Shown here in pieces: positions 17,812 to 27,950 of a stretch of 64,000 bases of DNA; position 1 is the stretch's first letter, and the number at the start of each line of letters is the position of its first letter. The notes beneath the pieces were generated by a model that did not search any database, was not told where the DNA came from, and was given only the letters and a program-made list of their open reading frames with translations. This stretch comes from a virus: the IMG/VR virus record IMGVR_UViG_3300027519_000001; one strand, given 5' to 3'. A program made the translations under genes and the position numbers.

Positions 17812-20406
17812 ATGGCACAAGTGAACCCGTGGGTTGAAATTTATTACAGCCCAACGGGAACACGCTCGTATAATCATGAGTGGGTTCCCAATAAAGAGTA
17901 CTGCATTCAAGTACACGAAAAAGATAAAGATGATGAAGTAGGTCATTCATTTATAAAAATACCACCTGATATGGATCTTCAAAAACCAACTACAGGTACT
18001 ATTGGATGGAGAGTAAGCGGAGGTATCGATCACTTAGTTGTTGCAGAAATAACTACAACAGGCCTAAAGAGGTTTAGACTTGAACGTTCTCAAGGTAACA
18101 GCACTATTGTTCGTATATCAGAAAGAGACCTAGTTCCAGATTCTTCTCTACTAGACCCTGCTGATAACACTGCTGAGTTTGAACTTTGGTACACAACTCA
18201 AGGTAGAGCCTTAACAATACCTAACTTTGATGTAGATTATGAATATCTGTTCGTAATACAATGTGACCAATCGAGTTCGGAACGCTATTATAGCGGAACA
18301 AGCTTTTACAACTTCTCAAGTCCTTATACACTTAGTTCTCACATTCATAGTAGAATGATTCACTATTGGGGATTAGGTGGTTGGGATGACTGGTTTAGAT
18401 TAACAGGTAAAACAGTTACAGCAACCTATCCTACTACAAAATTTAAAGGTCCTGGGCAGCATAAGATGTACAGAATATATCGTAGACCTATGAACTATGA
18501 TATAAATAAGAATTTCTACAATACGTTTAAGTCTGTATCCAAAGGAAGTCAGCCGCTAGACAGAATATCTGTATCTAAAGCTTCTATGCCTATGAATGAG
18601 GAGTACATGTTTGCTACTCTAGATACAAAGGGAGACAACGAGCTTTGTATGCAAGGACAGATGGTTTTAACTGAAAAATTAATGTCTTTGTTTACACCTA
18701 ATGCAGGCTTTGCACACCAGGCTGGTACAGATCATTGGATGGAAGTAATAGGAACTCCTTCTTCTTACTACTGGACTGTAGATTCACGAAGCGGTAGATG
18801 GTTAGAAATTTTTAGAAAGGTAACAGTAGAAGAATACGTAGCACCTCCTGATGAACCAGATCCAGAGCCATTACCTCCTCCACCAGAACCCGATCCTATT
18901 ATTCCTTGCGAAGATAGATGCTTGAATGAAGGCGATACGTTTGTATCAGAAGTTAAAGTAGAGGTTCGCTTTGTAGACCCACCTGATTGGCAACTAAGAC
19001 GATATAAATACGAATGGAAAAGTAAACACAAAGAGCTTAGCTTAAAAGGTGTTGAACAGAACGGTCGTATCGGCATATTTAAACTTACGCGTACTGTTAC
19101 AGAAGCAGATAGCAATCAACTAATACCATACACCGTTAGTGTTACTGTATCGGATTTAGATTATGCAACGGCTGGTGTGTCAGATGCAGACGAGGCTGTA
19201 TTAAGTTTTGAAATGCCTTGCGTTGTTGTTAATAACGAAACTGAATTCTCTGTTAACGATATTAACGTTGCCGAGTGTGGTGCTAGTGACAACGATACTA
19301 CAGCTACTTTCACTATTACTTCTAGTGAGGCTGTTATAGGTGATAGTCGTACAGTAGAGTATTCTACAACTGGAATAACTGCTACTTCTGGTAGTGACTT
19401 TACGGCTGCTACGGGCACAGTAACATTTGACGAAGGCGATACGTCTAAGCAGGTGGATATTGTTATCAAATGTGATGACGTTCCAGAGAAAGATGAAACC
19501 TTTAAGCTCGTTATCTCGAACCCTAGTATCGGGACTATTGGTAAAAGTGAGGGTATTGCTACTATTGTAGATGATTCTCCTGATGTTACAGTAGTTGAAT
19601 TAGCTAGTGAGGGTGAAAGCTACCAAGTATATATCTATCGTGACATTAGTGGGTCTATGTTGGGTCAGAACATGAATCTAAATGGCGACATATCTGCAAC
19701 TAGAGATAATATAGCTGTACAGATTCTTAACGACTTTTTGATTCCTAGCGCAAACGTTGTAGGTTCAGCAGGCGCATCTGTTACGTTCTTTACTTCTTAT
19801 GTAAGATGGGTATTAGACAACTTACCTGCAAATCAAAAGAAAGTAAGTATTCTATTTGTAACAGATGCAGAAGACGGGTATGGATCAGGCGCACCTAACC
19901 TAATTGGATATAGTAGTGCTAGTGACAATCACCCTCCTGTAGAATCTCACGGTAATGTGACAGGCAATCAATATGCAGCTACTCCGGAAGCTACTGCTGT
20001 AGTAGCACAAGAGGGAAGTACTTGGTCTTCCACTATCGGTACAGTGCCTGCGCATATTGAAGAAATGAAAATTACTGTAGTACGTCTGTTACCTCAATCT
20101 AGCATTGATGCTGCGGAAGACTCTAGAAATAGTGGAAACCCAAATAATACGGCAGTAGCAGAAGATGGATTTAATGGAATTCTTACTACAGCGCCGTCCA
20201 TTGTTACTCAAGCTAGCTTTGAAACTTTCAGTAGTTATACGACTGGCGAAGATAGTGTTCTTAATGACCGTATTTCGGAGGCTGTTCTAAATACGTATAC
20301 TGCTTATTGCGCTAAGTCACCTGATGATACTATCAGCGTACAAGCCGCAGATGAAACAGAAGCTAAGAGCAAAGCTAAACCACTACTGAACTGCCCGGAT
20401 GATTAA
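17812..20406 (+). CDS. structural/adhesin-like protein with Pro-rich linker, PKD-like, Calx-beta and VWA domains (864 aa)
   Basis: See the sub-features below. The start codon follows the stop of the previous gene by 1 nt. Confidence 0.8.
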   Translation: MAQVNPWVEIYYSPTGTRSYNHEWVPNKEYCIQVHEKDKDDEVGHSFIKIPPDMDLQKPTTGTIGWRVSGGIDHLVVAEITTTGLKRFRLERSQGNSTIVRISERDLVPDSSLLDPADNTAEFELWYTTQGRALTIPNFDVDYEYLFVIQCDQSSSERYYSGTSFYNFSSPYTLSSHIHSRMIHYWGLGGWDDWFRLTGKTVTATYPTTKFKGPGQHKMYRIYRRPMNYDINKNFYNTFKSVSKGSQPLDRISVSKASMPMNEEYMFATLDTKGDNELCMQGQMVLTEKLMSLFTPNAGFAHQAGTDHWMEVIGTPSSYYWTVDSRSGRWLEIFRKVTVEEYVAPPDEPDPEPLPPPPEPDPIIPCEDRCLNEGDTFVSEVKVEVRFVDPPDWQLRRYKYEWKSKHKELSLKGVEQNGRIGIFKLTRTVTEADSNQLIPYTVSVTVSDLDYATAGVSDADEAVLSFEMPCVVVNNETEFSVNDINVAECGASDNDTTATFTITSSEAVIGDSRTVEYSTTGITATSGSDFTAATGTVTFDEGDTSKQVDIVIKCDDVPEKDETFKLVISNPSIGTIGKSEGIATIVDDSPDVTVVELASEGESYQVYIYRDISGSMLGQNMNLNGDISATRDNIAVQILNDFLIPSANVVGSAGASVTFFTSYVRWVLDNLPANQKKVSILFVTDAEDGYGSGAPNLIGYSSASDNHPPVESHGNVTGNQYAATPEATAVVAQEGSTWSSTIGTVPAHIEEMKITVVRLLPQSSIDAAEDSRNSGNPNNTAVAEDGFNGILTTAPSIVTQASFETFSSYTTGEDSVLNDRISEAVLNTYTAYCAKSPDDTISVQAADETEAKSKAKPLLNCPDD
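19246..19575 (+). other. Calx-beta domain
   Basis: FSVNDINVAECG...TVEYSTTGITATSGSDFTAATGTVTFDEGDTSKQVDIVIKCDDVPEKDETFKLVISNP..IGKSEGIATIVDD matches the Calx-beta consensus (tA..g.DF....G.l.F..G...k.i.v.i.dD...E..E.F.v.l). Confidence 0.8.
19621..20110 (+). other. von Willebrand factor A-like domain (approximate limits)
   Basis: YQVYIYRDISGSMLG carries a DxSxS MIDAS motif, followed by VTFFTS and ILFVTDAEDG beta-strand motifs in the VWA order. Confidence 0.6.
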
Positions 20407-20890
20407 CATGCATAACGTTTTACAATGGAATACAAAGCTTGCTCCTACACCAATGAACAAGCAAATGGTATTAGAGAAGCCGAAGTTTACAGGATATGCG
20501 TATATTTGCTTTAGCACACAAGTAGAGTCTGTTCTTCAAAACTCTAATTTAGTATTAAAAGCAGAATCGTATTGTTTCAAAATCACACCTGACGATAAAT
20601 TTGTTCTTACTGTCAAAAGCGATGTGCCTTATTTTATTTCTTCACAATTGATGGAGTTTAAAACAGAATCAGGCACTGCTAGTATAGATAAGTTCAAGTC
20701 TATCGGCTTGTTCTCTACAGGTCGTGTAACACTAGACTTTAAAGAGAATCGTGGTTACGCAATTCGAAACGAAGACAACTCTGTTATCTATGTAGGGCAC
20801 GAACCTAACACTGTAGAGTTCAATTCTAATGGATGGTTTGCTATTGAAAACATAGATGACAGACCTCTTATGGTAGATATAAAACTATGA
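20399..20890 (+). CDS. hypothetical protein (163 aa)
   Basis: ORF in the operon, overlapping the stop of the upstream gene. An alternative ATG lies at 20408. Confidence 0.6.
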   Translation: MINMHNVLQWNTKLAPTPMNKQMVLEKPKFTGYAYICFSTQVESVLQNSNLVLKAESYCFKITPDDKFVLTVKSDVPYFISSQLMEFKTESGTASIDKFKSIGLFSTGRVTLDFKENRGYAIRNEDNSVIYVGHEPNTVEFNSNGWFAIENIDDRPLMVDIKL

Positions 20891-21135
20891 GTATGCCCGA
20901 GTCTCCTAAGAAAGTCCACATGTATGTAAGAGACAGACATAACGAAAACAACCCGTGGAGTGTAGACAACTTCCACAACAGAGGTTGGAAAGTTCGTAGT
21001 GAAGATAACAGTAAGTGGATTGTTATGGGTCCTGAGAATGTTCGAATAAGAAACCCTGAACACGACCCGGATGTACATGATGCAAACGATCCAGATTACC
21101 CTCTTTGGTTAGAGCCAGAGAATATTGAGGACTAG
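20887..21135 (+). CDS. hypothetical protein (82 aa)
   Basis: ATGA-coupled small ORF between structural genes. Confidence 0.5.
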   Translation: MSMPESPKKVHMYVRDRHNENNPWSVDNFHNRGWKVRSEDNSKWIVMGPENVRIRNPEHDPDVHDANDPDYPLWLEPENIED

Positions 21136-21137
21136 AA

Positions 21138-21980
21138 ATGTCGTTAACTAAAGTCAACCTAAAAATGATATCACCTTCGCCGGGTTCGGAAGCTGGCGAT
21201 ACTGTTTACAATACAAAGCAGGGTTTGCAAACACAAAATCCTGCCGAACAAACTTCTAGCATGATTGAAAAGTTCGATGCGGAGTTTGATAAGCAGTCAG
21301 GCGTGTTGTCTATCACTATCAATAATAGAACAGTACGCGTTGCAGGAATTCCAACAGAGCTTAACTTACCATCTGGACCTATTGGACCTCGTGGTAAAGA
21401 AGGTCAGCCTGGAATCTCTGGTAGAAATGGACGTGACGGACCCAAAGGGGAACAAGGGTGTATCGGACCTAAAGGAGATAGAGGTCCTCGTGGAGCTACA
21501 GGCCCAACTGGTGAACGTGGTATCCAAGGAGTTATTGGACCTATAGGCCCAACTGGTTCTACAGGCCCAACTGGTGAACGTGGTATAGACGGTGAAGAGC
21601 CAGAATATTTTGCTGGTGTACGTAACGAAGAAGGCTCACATTCATTTATTGAAGTAGATGGAGAGGGAAATACTACACAAGGTCGTTCACCGTATGTACG
21701 TGCAATTCGTAGTGGTGCAATGCATCAGTGGGGTAGATTTATTAATGATACTGGTACAGAAGAAGTAACTGTATTGTTTTCTGAACCATTCAAAAATCGT
21801 GTTACAGGCCTAATGGTATTCTTCAATGACCCGTATTCATATCAAAGTCAGAACTACGAGTTTGGTACGTATATTGATATTGATAGCGACATAGGTGGCT
21901 TTACTATTGGTGTTAAAGGAACTTTTAGTTTGCCTCTATCAGATTTATGGGACTTTAATTGGGTTGCATTTGGAGATTAA
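21138..21980 (+). CDS. collagen-like fibre protein with globular C-terminal domain (280 aa)
   Basis: 25 GXY triplets. It has the same N-terminal module (FDKQSGVLSITI..VAGIPT) as the three collagen-like genes at 10.6-13.7 kb. Confidence 0.85.
   Translation: MSLTKVNLKMISPSPGSEAGDTVYNTKQGLQTQNPAEQTSSMIEKFDAEFDKQSGVLSITINNRTVRVAGIPTELNLPSGPIGPRGKEGQPGISGRNGRDGPKGEQGCIGPKGDRGPRGATGPTGERGIQGVIGPIGPTGSTGPTGERGIDGEEPEYFAGVRNEEGSHSFIEVDGEGNTTQGRSPYVRAIRSGAMHQWGRFINDTGTEEVTVLFSEPFKNRVTGLMVFFNDPYSYQSQNYEFGTYIDIDSDIGGFTIGVKGTFSLPLSDLWDFNWVAFGD
21375..21599 (+). repeat. collagen-like GXY tract (25 triplets)
   Basis: G80 to E154, with Gly at every third residue. Contains G-C-I-G-P. Confidence 0.95.
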
Positions 21981-21983
21981 TAT

Positions 21984-22469
21984 ATGCCGTTTGTACATTA
22001 TGATAAAGCTATAACTCACAGAACGAATGTAAAAGGAATTTACACAACTACTCCACCTGCAGGCTTAGAACCTATTGTAGAAGTAGATCAAAGAAGCATT
22101 GAACTGTTTAAGCGAAATCCGAATGCCTATCTTGTTAAGGACGATAGACTCGTCCGAATAGAAGAAACAAATGGTAATTTTAAGAAAGAGCAAGCAGTTC
22201 GTCAAGGTAAGAACCAAACTAAGCTAGAGATACTTAGCCCTTTAGAGTTCGACTCTCACGTTTACAATGTGGACTCTGCATTCTATGACAATCTAACCTT
22301 ATGCTTAGGTATAGTTGCTTTAGATAAAGAACACGTTTGTAAGTTGTGGGCAAAGAATGCTTCAACTGACGAGTGGATTTTCCTAGACCACGACAAAGTT
22401 AAACTGCTAGAACTTGCAAAAGCTCTAAACACCCGTCGCCAAGACAGCAGCGAAAAGCTTTATAGATAA
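21984..22469 (+). CDS. hypothetical protein, possibly a fibre-assembly/DUF4376-like protein (161 aa)
   Basis: Position after a fibre gene. FDSHVYNVDSAFYDNLT...KLWAKNASTDEWIFLDHDKVKLLELAKAL weakly resembles the DUF4376 pattern. The functional call is weak. Confidence 0.55.
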   Translation: MPFVHYDKAITHRTNVKGIYTTTPPAGLEPIVEVDQRSIELFKRNPNAYLVKDDRLVRIEETNGNFKKEQAVRQGKNQTKLEILSPLEFDSHVYNVDSAFYDNLTLCLGIVALDKEHVCKLWAKNASTDEWIFLDHDKVKLLELAKALNTRRQDSSEKLYR

Positions 22470-22478
22470 TAGGACTTA

Positions 22479-23360
22479 ATGATGGGCCTTCAACTACAAG
22501 AATTTGTTGACAAGTGCATCGATATAGCAGCAGGGCGAGGCCTTGCTGCTGACTACCCTGTAAAGTTAAGAGTAACAGAGCCAGCTAGTTCTACTGAAAC
22601 GATTGTTGTCGTTTCCTATAGTGAACCGCATTACCTAATCTTACCTCTTAATGTAACATGGATCGATGGAAATCCAGCAAGTGATGATTACAAAATTCCG
22701 TTTAAAAGAACATCTAAGAATTCATCAGGCGGACTACAGCACACTTGGGAAGAACTTACCACGTATGCAGAAATCTTCGAACCTCCACAGTATTACGCAC
22801 CTGAAGATAATCCCGAACCTGTATATGGAAGTGCTGAACTAGAAAGCATTATTGACGATCTTACTAGTTCAAAGCTAGATAAAACTGGCGGCACTCTTAC
22901 AGGACCTTTAGCTACACGAACATTAGCAACTGGTGAAAACTACCAACAAACAGAAGTCGTACCTTTATCTTACTTAACGTCTAGACTAAATCAACAGACC
23001 CAAGGTTTCTATACCATTATAATGGGTCTTATGCGTAGACTATCCGCAGTAGAGTCGCTGGCAGGTAACAACAAGTACAGACTAGATAACTTAGATATAG
23101 GTGATGGTTCAGACGGAGGAAGCGGAGGGAATACTGGCTCTGGTGTAGTTAGTTTCATCCACGAACAAACAGAAGCTTCTGACACTTGGACTATATCTCA
23201 CAACTTCGGAACTGATAATATCCTATATGCTATTTACGATGAAGAAAATGATCAGGTCTTTCCGGTCAAAACTTCTATCGTGCAGAATACTAGCAACAAC
23301 ACTAGCGTTATTTTATTCTCAGAAGATGTTGCAGGTAAGGCAATTTTGGTAAAAGCATGA
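22479..23360 (+). CDS. tail fibre-like protein (293 aa)
   Basis: LDKTGGTLTGPLA is a common fibre motif. The C-terminal 72 aa (23142..23357) are a copy of the W-T-x-x-HN module. Confidence 0.7.
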   Translation: MMGLQLQEFVDKCIDIAAGRGLAADYPVKLRVTEPASSTETIVVVSYSEPHYLILPLNVTWIDGNPASDDYKIPFKRTSKNSSGGLQHTWEELTTYAEIFEPPQYYAPEDNPEPVYGSAELESIIDDLTSSKLDKTGGTLTGPLATRTLATGENYQQTEVVPLSYLTSRLNQQTQGFYTIIMGLMRRLSAVESLAGNNKYRLDNLDIGDGSDGGSGGNTGSGVVSFIHEQTEASDTWTISHNFGTDNILYAIYDEENDQVFPVKTSIVQNTSNNTSVILFSEDVAGKAILVKA

Positions 23361-24292
23361 AGAAACTACTAGCAGGTTTACTACTGGCACTAAGCTCGTC
23401 TGCCCAAGAAGTAGATGATATAAACACAATTTACTTGGTGTCTAGTAGACCTCTAGCAAGCTTCTACAGTCACCCTCTAAGTGCAAACATTGTTAGAAAT
23501 ACTGACAAGGATGTTTACGCACTTTACATAACCCTTGGATACGGAGACTACGGAACATCTAGCGAACAGCTTATGCATTCGGTAGCTCTGGATATCCAGC
23601 GTGTAGACCCTCAAATGATTATAGTAGATGAAGTTGATGCTACGTCATATCTACTAACTTTACTCCCTGAAAAATACAAAAACATAACTTACTTCATTAA
23701 CAGAAGCTTTACTGACGGTATACCTAGATCGCGATTGTTTAGAATCGAAAACTTAGGATTTAAGATAACTTCTTTAGTATCTGCAATGAACTTGTTCCCT
23801 GACACTTACTATATTCTATATGACACTACAGGATTGACTGCAAGAGATAGCTATAACTTAAAAAACAGCTTGCAGGCTATAACAGGTTCAGTAAAGTCTT
23901 TCGAAGTGTCAAGTGTCAAACAACTGGAAAAACTACTGACTACATTGAACGTAAATCAAAGAGGTGTAATCATTAATAATATGATGGCCTTAACTGATGA
24001 CGAATTTGGTAGCGTAGTTAAGATGCAAGAGATTAAAGAAATACTGCAACGTAAAAACTCTAAACACCTATCTATAGGCTTTAGCTATCTTCCTGAGATA
24101 GACAACGAGTGCTTAGTATTTCAACTTGATTACGGTTCTGTAGTGAACGATTTTATAAGCAACAACATAGAACCCGAAGATATGAACCCGCTGCCGTTCA
24201 GAGTATACGTAGATAAAAGTAGAATGCGTTCGCTCGGATTTAAAAAGAATTACATTGCAGCACATGAAGATATAGATGTGTTAGTTGAATGA
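23357..24292 (+). CDS. secreted protein with cleavable signal peptide (311 aa)
   Basis: MKKLLAGLLLALSSSAQE is an N-terminal signal. ATGA coupling to the fibre gene. Confidence 0.65.
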   Translation: MKKLLAGLLLALSSSAQEVDDINTIYLVSSRPLASFYSHPLSANIVRNTDKDVYALYITLGYGDYGTSSEQLMHSVALDIQRVDPQMIIVDEVDATSYLLTLLPEKYKNITYFINRSFTDGIPRSRLFRIENLGFKITSLVSAMNLFPDTYYILYDTTGLTARDSYNLKNSLQAITGSVKSFEVSSVKQLEKLLTTLNVNQRGVIINNMMALTDDEFGSVVKMQEIKEILQRKNSKHLSIGFSYLPEIDNECLVFQLDYGSVVNDFISNNIEPEDMNPLPFRVYVDKSRMRSLGFKKNYIAAHEDIDVLVE

Positions 24293-24672
24293 ATGTAAAC
24301 GACCAACTTACTTCTGACCAGAAAAAGAGGTACAGAATAGCAAACATTTCTATGATTGCGGCAGCTTTAATTGTTCTGGCAATTGCCCTTAATCAGACGG
24401 TGTTTAAAGAAGAATCTCTATCAAAGAGAGTAGTTAAGCAAGAAGATATTTATTGTATTAGTGCAGTATGCATAATAGAAGGGTCTACTACTAAGTGTAT
24501 GGAAATAAACCCATCTATCAGCCACATGATAATATCGGAAGACCCACAAGTCAAACAGTCGTACAGACTTGTAGTTAATCCAACTGATAAAGTATGCGGT
24601 TTAAATACGTATCTATCTTTAGAGAAAGAAAGTATCGAACCTACGGAAACCGACGAAACTTCTGAGAACTAA
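24289..24672 (+). CDS. single-pass membrane protein (127 aa)
   Basis: Hydrophobic helix IANISMIAAALIVLAIALNQTVF. ATGA coupling. Confidence 0.6.
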   Translation: MNVNDQLTSDQKKRYRIANISMIAAALIVLAIALNQTVFKEESLSKRVVKQEDIYCISAVCIIEGSTTKCMEINPSISHMIISEDPQVKQSYRLVVNPTDKVCGLNTYLSLEKESIEPTETDETSEN

Positions 24673-25361
24673 TGGATTCACTAATAAACTCATTACTTAC
24701 AGGTAACCTTGGATACGGCACAATCATAATCATACTTGGTCTTTTCTATGCAGTGTATGTTATGTTTATTGTACCTAGATTAAAAGAAGTAGACGTTCTT
24801 GAAAACAAGGTTACTGCAAAAGACGAAGAGATTACAAGCAAAGATGCTACAATTTCTAGTCAGATGGATACAATAGATTCTATGCAAAAGACAGTAGAGT
24901 CTTTGACCGAGAATATCCTAAAGCAAGAAAATACTATCCAAGCGCTTAATAAGATTTCTACCTTAGAGACTACTACGTTGAAGATTCCAGAAGCTATGGA
25001 TGAACTGTGTAAGTCACTAATCAAAAAACTTGAAACCGTTGACGATGCGGTTAGAGAACGTTTGGTAAATACGAACGAAGCGGTGGTTAAACAAGACAAA
25101 GCTTTATTAACTTGCGTTAATGCAATAGAAGAATTGTCTTCGGCATTTGAAGTAAACTTTAATGAGATTGAATCTAGGTTAAATCAGGTTGAATCTCTTT
25201 GTAGAGAAATTGCTTCTAATCGTGCTAGTTCTAGTAATCAGGTTTCTGTAACTCTATCAACCATTCAATCGGAACTATCTCAAATGCGAGGACTCGTTGC
25301 TACGCAGCGTAATCAATCGCTACTAGGAAACGCTGACGTTTCTATGCAAGAGATTAAGTAA
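24672..25361 (+). CDS. membrane-anchored coiled-coil protein (229 aa)
   Basis: N-terminal TM segment GYGTIIIILGLFYAVYVMFIV, followed by a heptad-rich polar sequence. Confidence 0.6.
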   Translation: MDSLINSLLTGNLGYGTIIIILGLFYAVYVMFIVPRLKEVDVLENKVTAKDEEITSKDATISSQMDTIDSMQKTVESLTENILKQENTIQALNKISTLETTTLKIPEAMDELCKSLIKKLETVDDAVRERLVNTNEAVVKQDKALLTCVNAIEELSSAFEVNFNEIESRLNQVESLCREIASNRASSSNQVSVTLSTIQSELSQMRGLVATQRNQSLLGNADVSMQEIK

Positions 25362-26141
25362 ATGATTAAAGTCGAATACACACCTAACAATATAAACTTT
25401 CAGTTGGCGGCTAGTGCGTCGTGGATTAACTTCTATAAGGTGAGAGAGTTCTTACTCAATCAATTGATTATCTCAGAGAACCGATTTAGCCCTACATGCA
25501 AAGAAAGTTTTTTATGTACAGTTCACCAACTTAGATATTGGTTAGTAGAACTAGAAGAAAGAATTAAACGGGTTAAGCACGACGATGATGCAGACCTTAG
25601 GCAAATGTCTAATGAAGAAGCAGATAACTTCGAAGCTTACCTAGATAACATCCTTAGAATAATGCTACACTATGAAGAACAGTTCGACCAAAACTTCATA
25701 GAGATTTATGCTAAGATATTTCGTCAATATAAAAAGCCTATTGCTGATAAGATAAGAAGGACACTAAAACAGGATTTAGGAAATAGCTTTAATGATTGCA
25801 TGGTGTTTATAACGCAGTACATGCAACACGCTATGCATATATTGTATGAGTTAGATTACTTGTACCATAATGCAAAAGATAGCGATACAATTAATTTCTA
25901 TCCCTTTCTCGGGCTAGACTCTGTAGATGTTAATTTATATAGAGATAAGAGAATATCTCTTATAGACCTTCGTATAAAAGTCTACAAAGAATATGGGTTG
26001 ATTAAAGAGAAATCTTATTGGACAGTGAAGTCATATTTCAATCAATCCGCCTTGGATGCCGACTTTCACTTGTTCAAACAATTTAACAAGTTGGTGTCCG
26101 ATATCGAATTGCATGATATACGATTGTCGTGTGTTATGTGA
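25362..26141 (+). CDS. hypothetical protein (259 aa)
   Basis: Long ORF that starts directly after the upstream stop (TAAATG). Confidence 0.6.
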   Translation: MIKVEYTPNNINFQLAASASWINFYKVREFLLNQLIISENRFSPTCKESFLCTVHQLRYWLVELEERIKRVKHDDDADLRQMSNEEADNFEAYLDNILRIMLHYEEQFDQNFIEIYAKIFRQYKKPIADKIRRTLKQDLGNSFNDCMVFITQYMQHAMHILYELDYLYHNAKDSDTINFYPFLGLDSVDVNLYRDKRISLIDLRIKVYKEYGLIKEKSYWTVKSYFNQSALDADFHLFKQFNKLVSDIELHDIRLSCVM

Positions 26142-26185
26142 TATTATATGTGCATATTACTCATAAATAATTAGGAGTTCCTAAC

Positions 26186-27895
26186 ATGAGACATGGTTCT
26201 ATTACACTACTCGGTTCTGCTGAGTTAAAGAACGTAGTAATTGAGAAGCTAGCTACCGATCCAGCTAGCCCTCGTCTTGGTCAAATGTGGTTTAATACTA
26301 CCGAAGAAGCGTACAAGTTCTTTGACGGTAGTGAAATATTCCCATTTGCTAAAGGTGGTGACTTAGAAGAGTACTTGAAGCGTGACGGTTCTGATGCAGG
26401 CATGACAGGTGAATTGGTACTTGATACTAATGACCAGTCTTCTGCTTCTAGCGACCGTGTTGCTATATCTAAAGGTCACTTGGATACAGTTGCTGCAACT
26501 AAGCAAGATACTATTACTGGTGCTGCTTCAACAATTACAACAAACGACCTTACTGGTGACGTTGCGCTTGTAACTGACGCGGCTGGTAAAGTTGCTGAGT
26601 CTGCAACAACCTCTGCTGAAATCGGTTATGTGTCTGGTGTTACTGCACCTATCCAAACTCAGATTGATGGTAAGCAAGACGACCTCGGTTACGTTCCAGT
26701 AAACAAAGCTGGCGATTCAATGACTGGCAACCTAGCGTTCAATGGCAACCGTGCTACTGGACTAGGTGCGCCGACAGATGCTAACGATGCTATTCGTCTA
26801 GTTGACTTAGAAAACGAAGTTGCTAACCTTAACTGGCAAGACGATGTACTTGCAGTTCAAACTGATGATACTCTTGACCCAGGTGCTTCTCCTGCAACTG
26901 GTGCGCGTTACATCATTACAGACAGTGCAAACTTGAATGCGAACTTTGGTACAATCGCAGGTCTTGAAGACAACGATATTATCGAATTCGATGGTACTGA
27001 CTGGACTGTAGCCTATGACGTAAGTGCAGAAGGTGCTGACGCGGCTGGTACTCTTGCTGCTTCACAAGCAGACGAGAAGTTCTACCGTTACAATGTAGCT
27101 GGTACTTCTTGGAATACGTTTACTGGTCTTGAAGCGCTTAACGCTGGTATCGGTCTTGTTAAGACAGGTAACGTTATCGACGTTAACATGGGTGCTGGTG
27201 TTGCTCAGCTTCCATCTGACGAAGTTGGTATCGACTGCGGTCCTACTGGCGGTCTATATCTTGCAGACCCAACAACTGGTGATGCATCTGTAAACACTGA
27301 CGCGGTTCTTAGCTTACTACTTGACGGTACTACGTTAACTACTACTGCGACCGGTGTTAAAGTTTCTAACTCTGGTATTACAGAAGTAGAGCTTGCGTCT
27401 TCTGCACTTGGTAACGGTCTTGCAGGTGGTGACGGTGTTGCGCTTAACGTTCTTGGTGGAACTGGTATCACAGTTGACGAGAACGGCGTTAACGTTGATG
27501 AAACATATCTTGATAACAAGTATGTTAACGTTGATGGTGACACGCTAACAGGTCCTCTGATTCTTGCTGCTGACCCTACGGTTGCACTTGAAGCCGCTAC
27601 TAAGCAATATACTGATGCTGCGGTACAAGCAGTTGATGACAGCGTATCTGATCTAGAAACCCGCGTAGCTAAAGGTTACTTTGTTTACGATGGTACTGGT
27701 TCTGCTGATGCTTCACACACTGTTGTTCACAACATCGGTCAGCAATACGTTAACGTTACAATCATCGATGATCTTGGTAACATGATCATGCCTGATGAAG
27801 TATCGTTTGACGATGAAAACCAACTTACTGTTACACTAACTCAGGGTCTTGGTATCCGCGTTGTGTGTATGGCTGTAGCTCCTGCTGCTGCTTAA
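26186..27895 (+). CDS. tail fibre protein (569 aa)
   Basis: AGGAG RBS. Fibre motifs: KLATDPASPRLGQMWFNT, VNKAGDSMTGNLAF and DGDTLTGPLILAADP..ATKQYTD. C-terminal W/H-T-V-x-HN module. Followed by an intrinsic terminator. Confidence 0.8.
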   Translation: MRHGSITLLGSAELKNVVIEKLATDPASPRLGQMWFNTTEEAYKFFDGSEIFPFAKGGDLEEYLKRDGSDAGMTGELVLDTNDQSSASSDRVAISKGHLDTVAATKQDTITGAASTITTNDLTGDVALVTDAAGKVAESATTSAEIGYVSGVTAPIQTQIDGKQDDLGYVPVNKAGDSMTGNLAFNGNRATGLGAPTDANDAIRLVDLENEVANLNWQDDVLAVQTDDTLDPGASPATGARYIITDSANLNANFGTIAGLEDNDIIEFDGTDWTVAYDVSAEGADAAGTLAASQADEKFYRYNVAGTSWNTFTGLEALNAGIGLVKTGNVIDVNMGAGVAQLPSDEVGIDCGPTGGLYLADPTTGDASVNTDAVLSLLLDGTTLTTTATGVKVSNSGITEVELASSALGNGLAGGDGVALNVLGGTGITVDENGVNVDETYLDNKYVNVDGDTLTGPLILAADPTVALEAATKQYTDAAVQAVDDSVSDLETRVAKGYFVYDGTGSADASHTVVHNIGQQYVNVTIIDDLGNMIMPDEVSFDDENQLTVTLTQGLGIRVVCMAVAPAAA

Positions 27896-27909
27896 TAGTA
27901 GTTCTGTCT

Positions 27910-27940
27910 GAGGGGGCGATTGCTCCCTCTTTGTTTTTGT
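27910..27940 (+). terminator. rho-independent terminator
   Basis: GAGGGGGC-gatt-GCTCCCTC forms an 8 bp stem with one G-U pair, followed by TTTGTTTTTGT. It lies 15 nt after the stop of the fibre gene. Confidence 0.75.
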
Positions 27941-27950
27941 AGGAGTAAGC

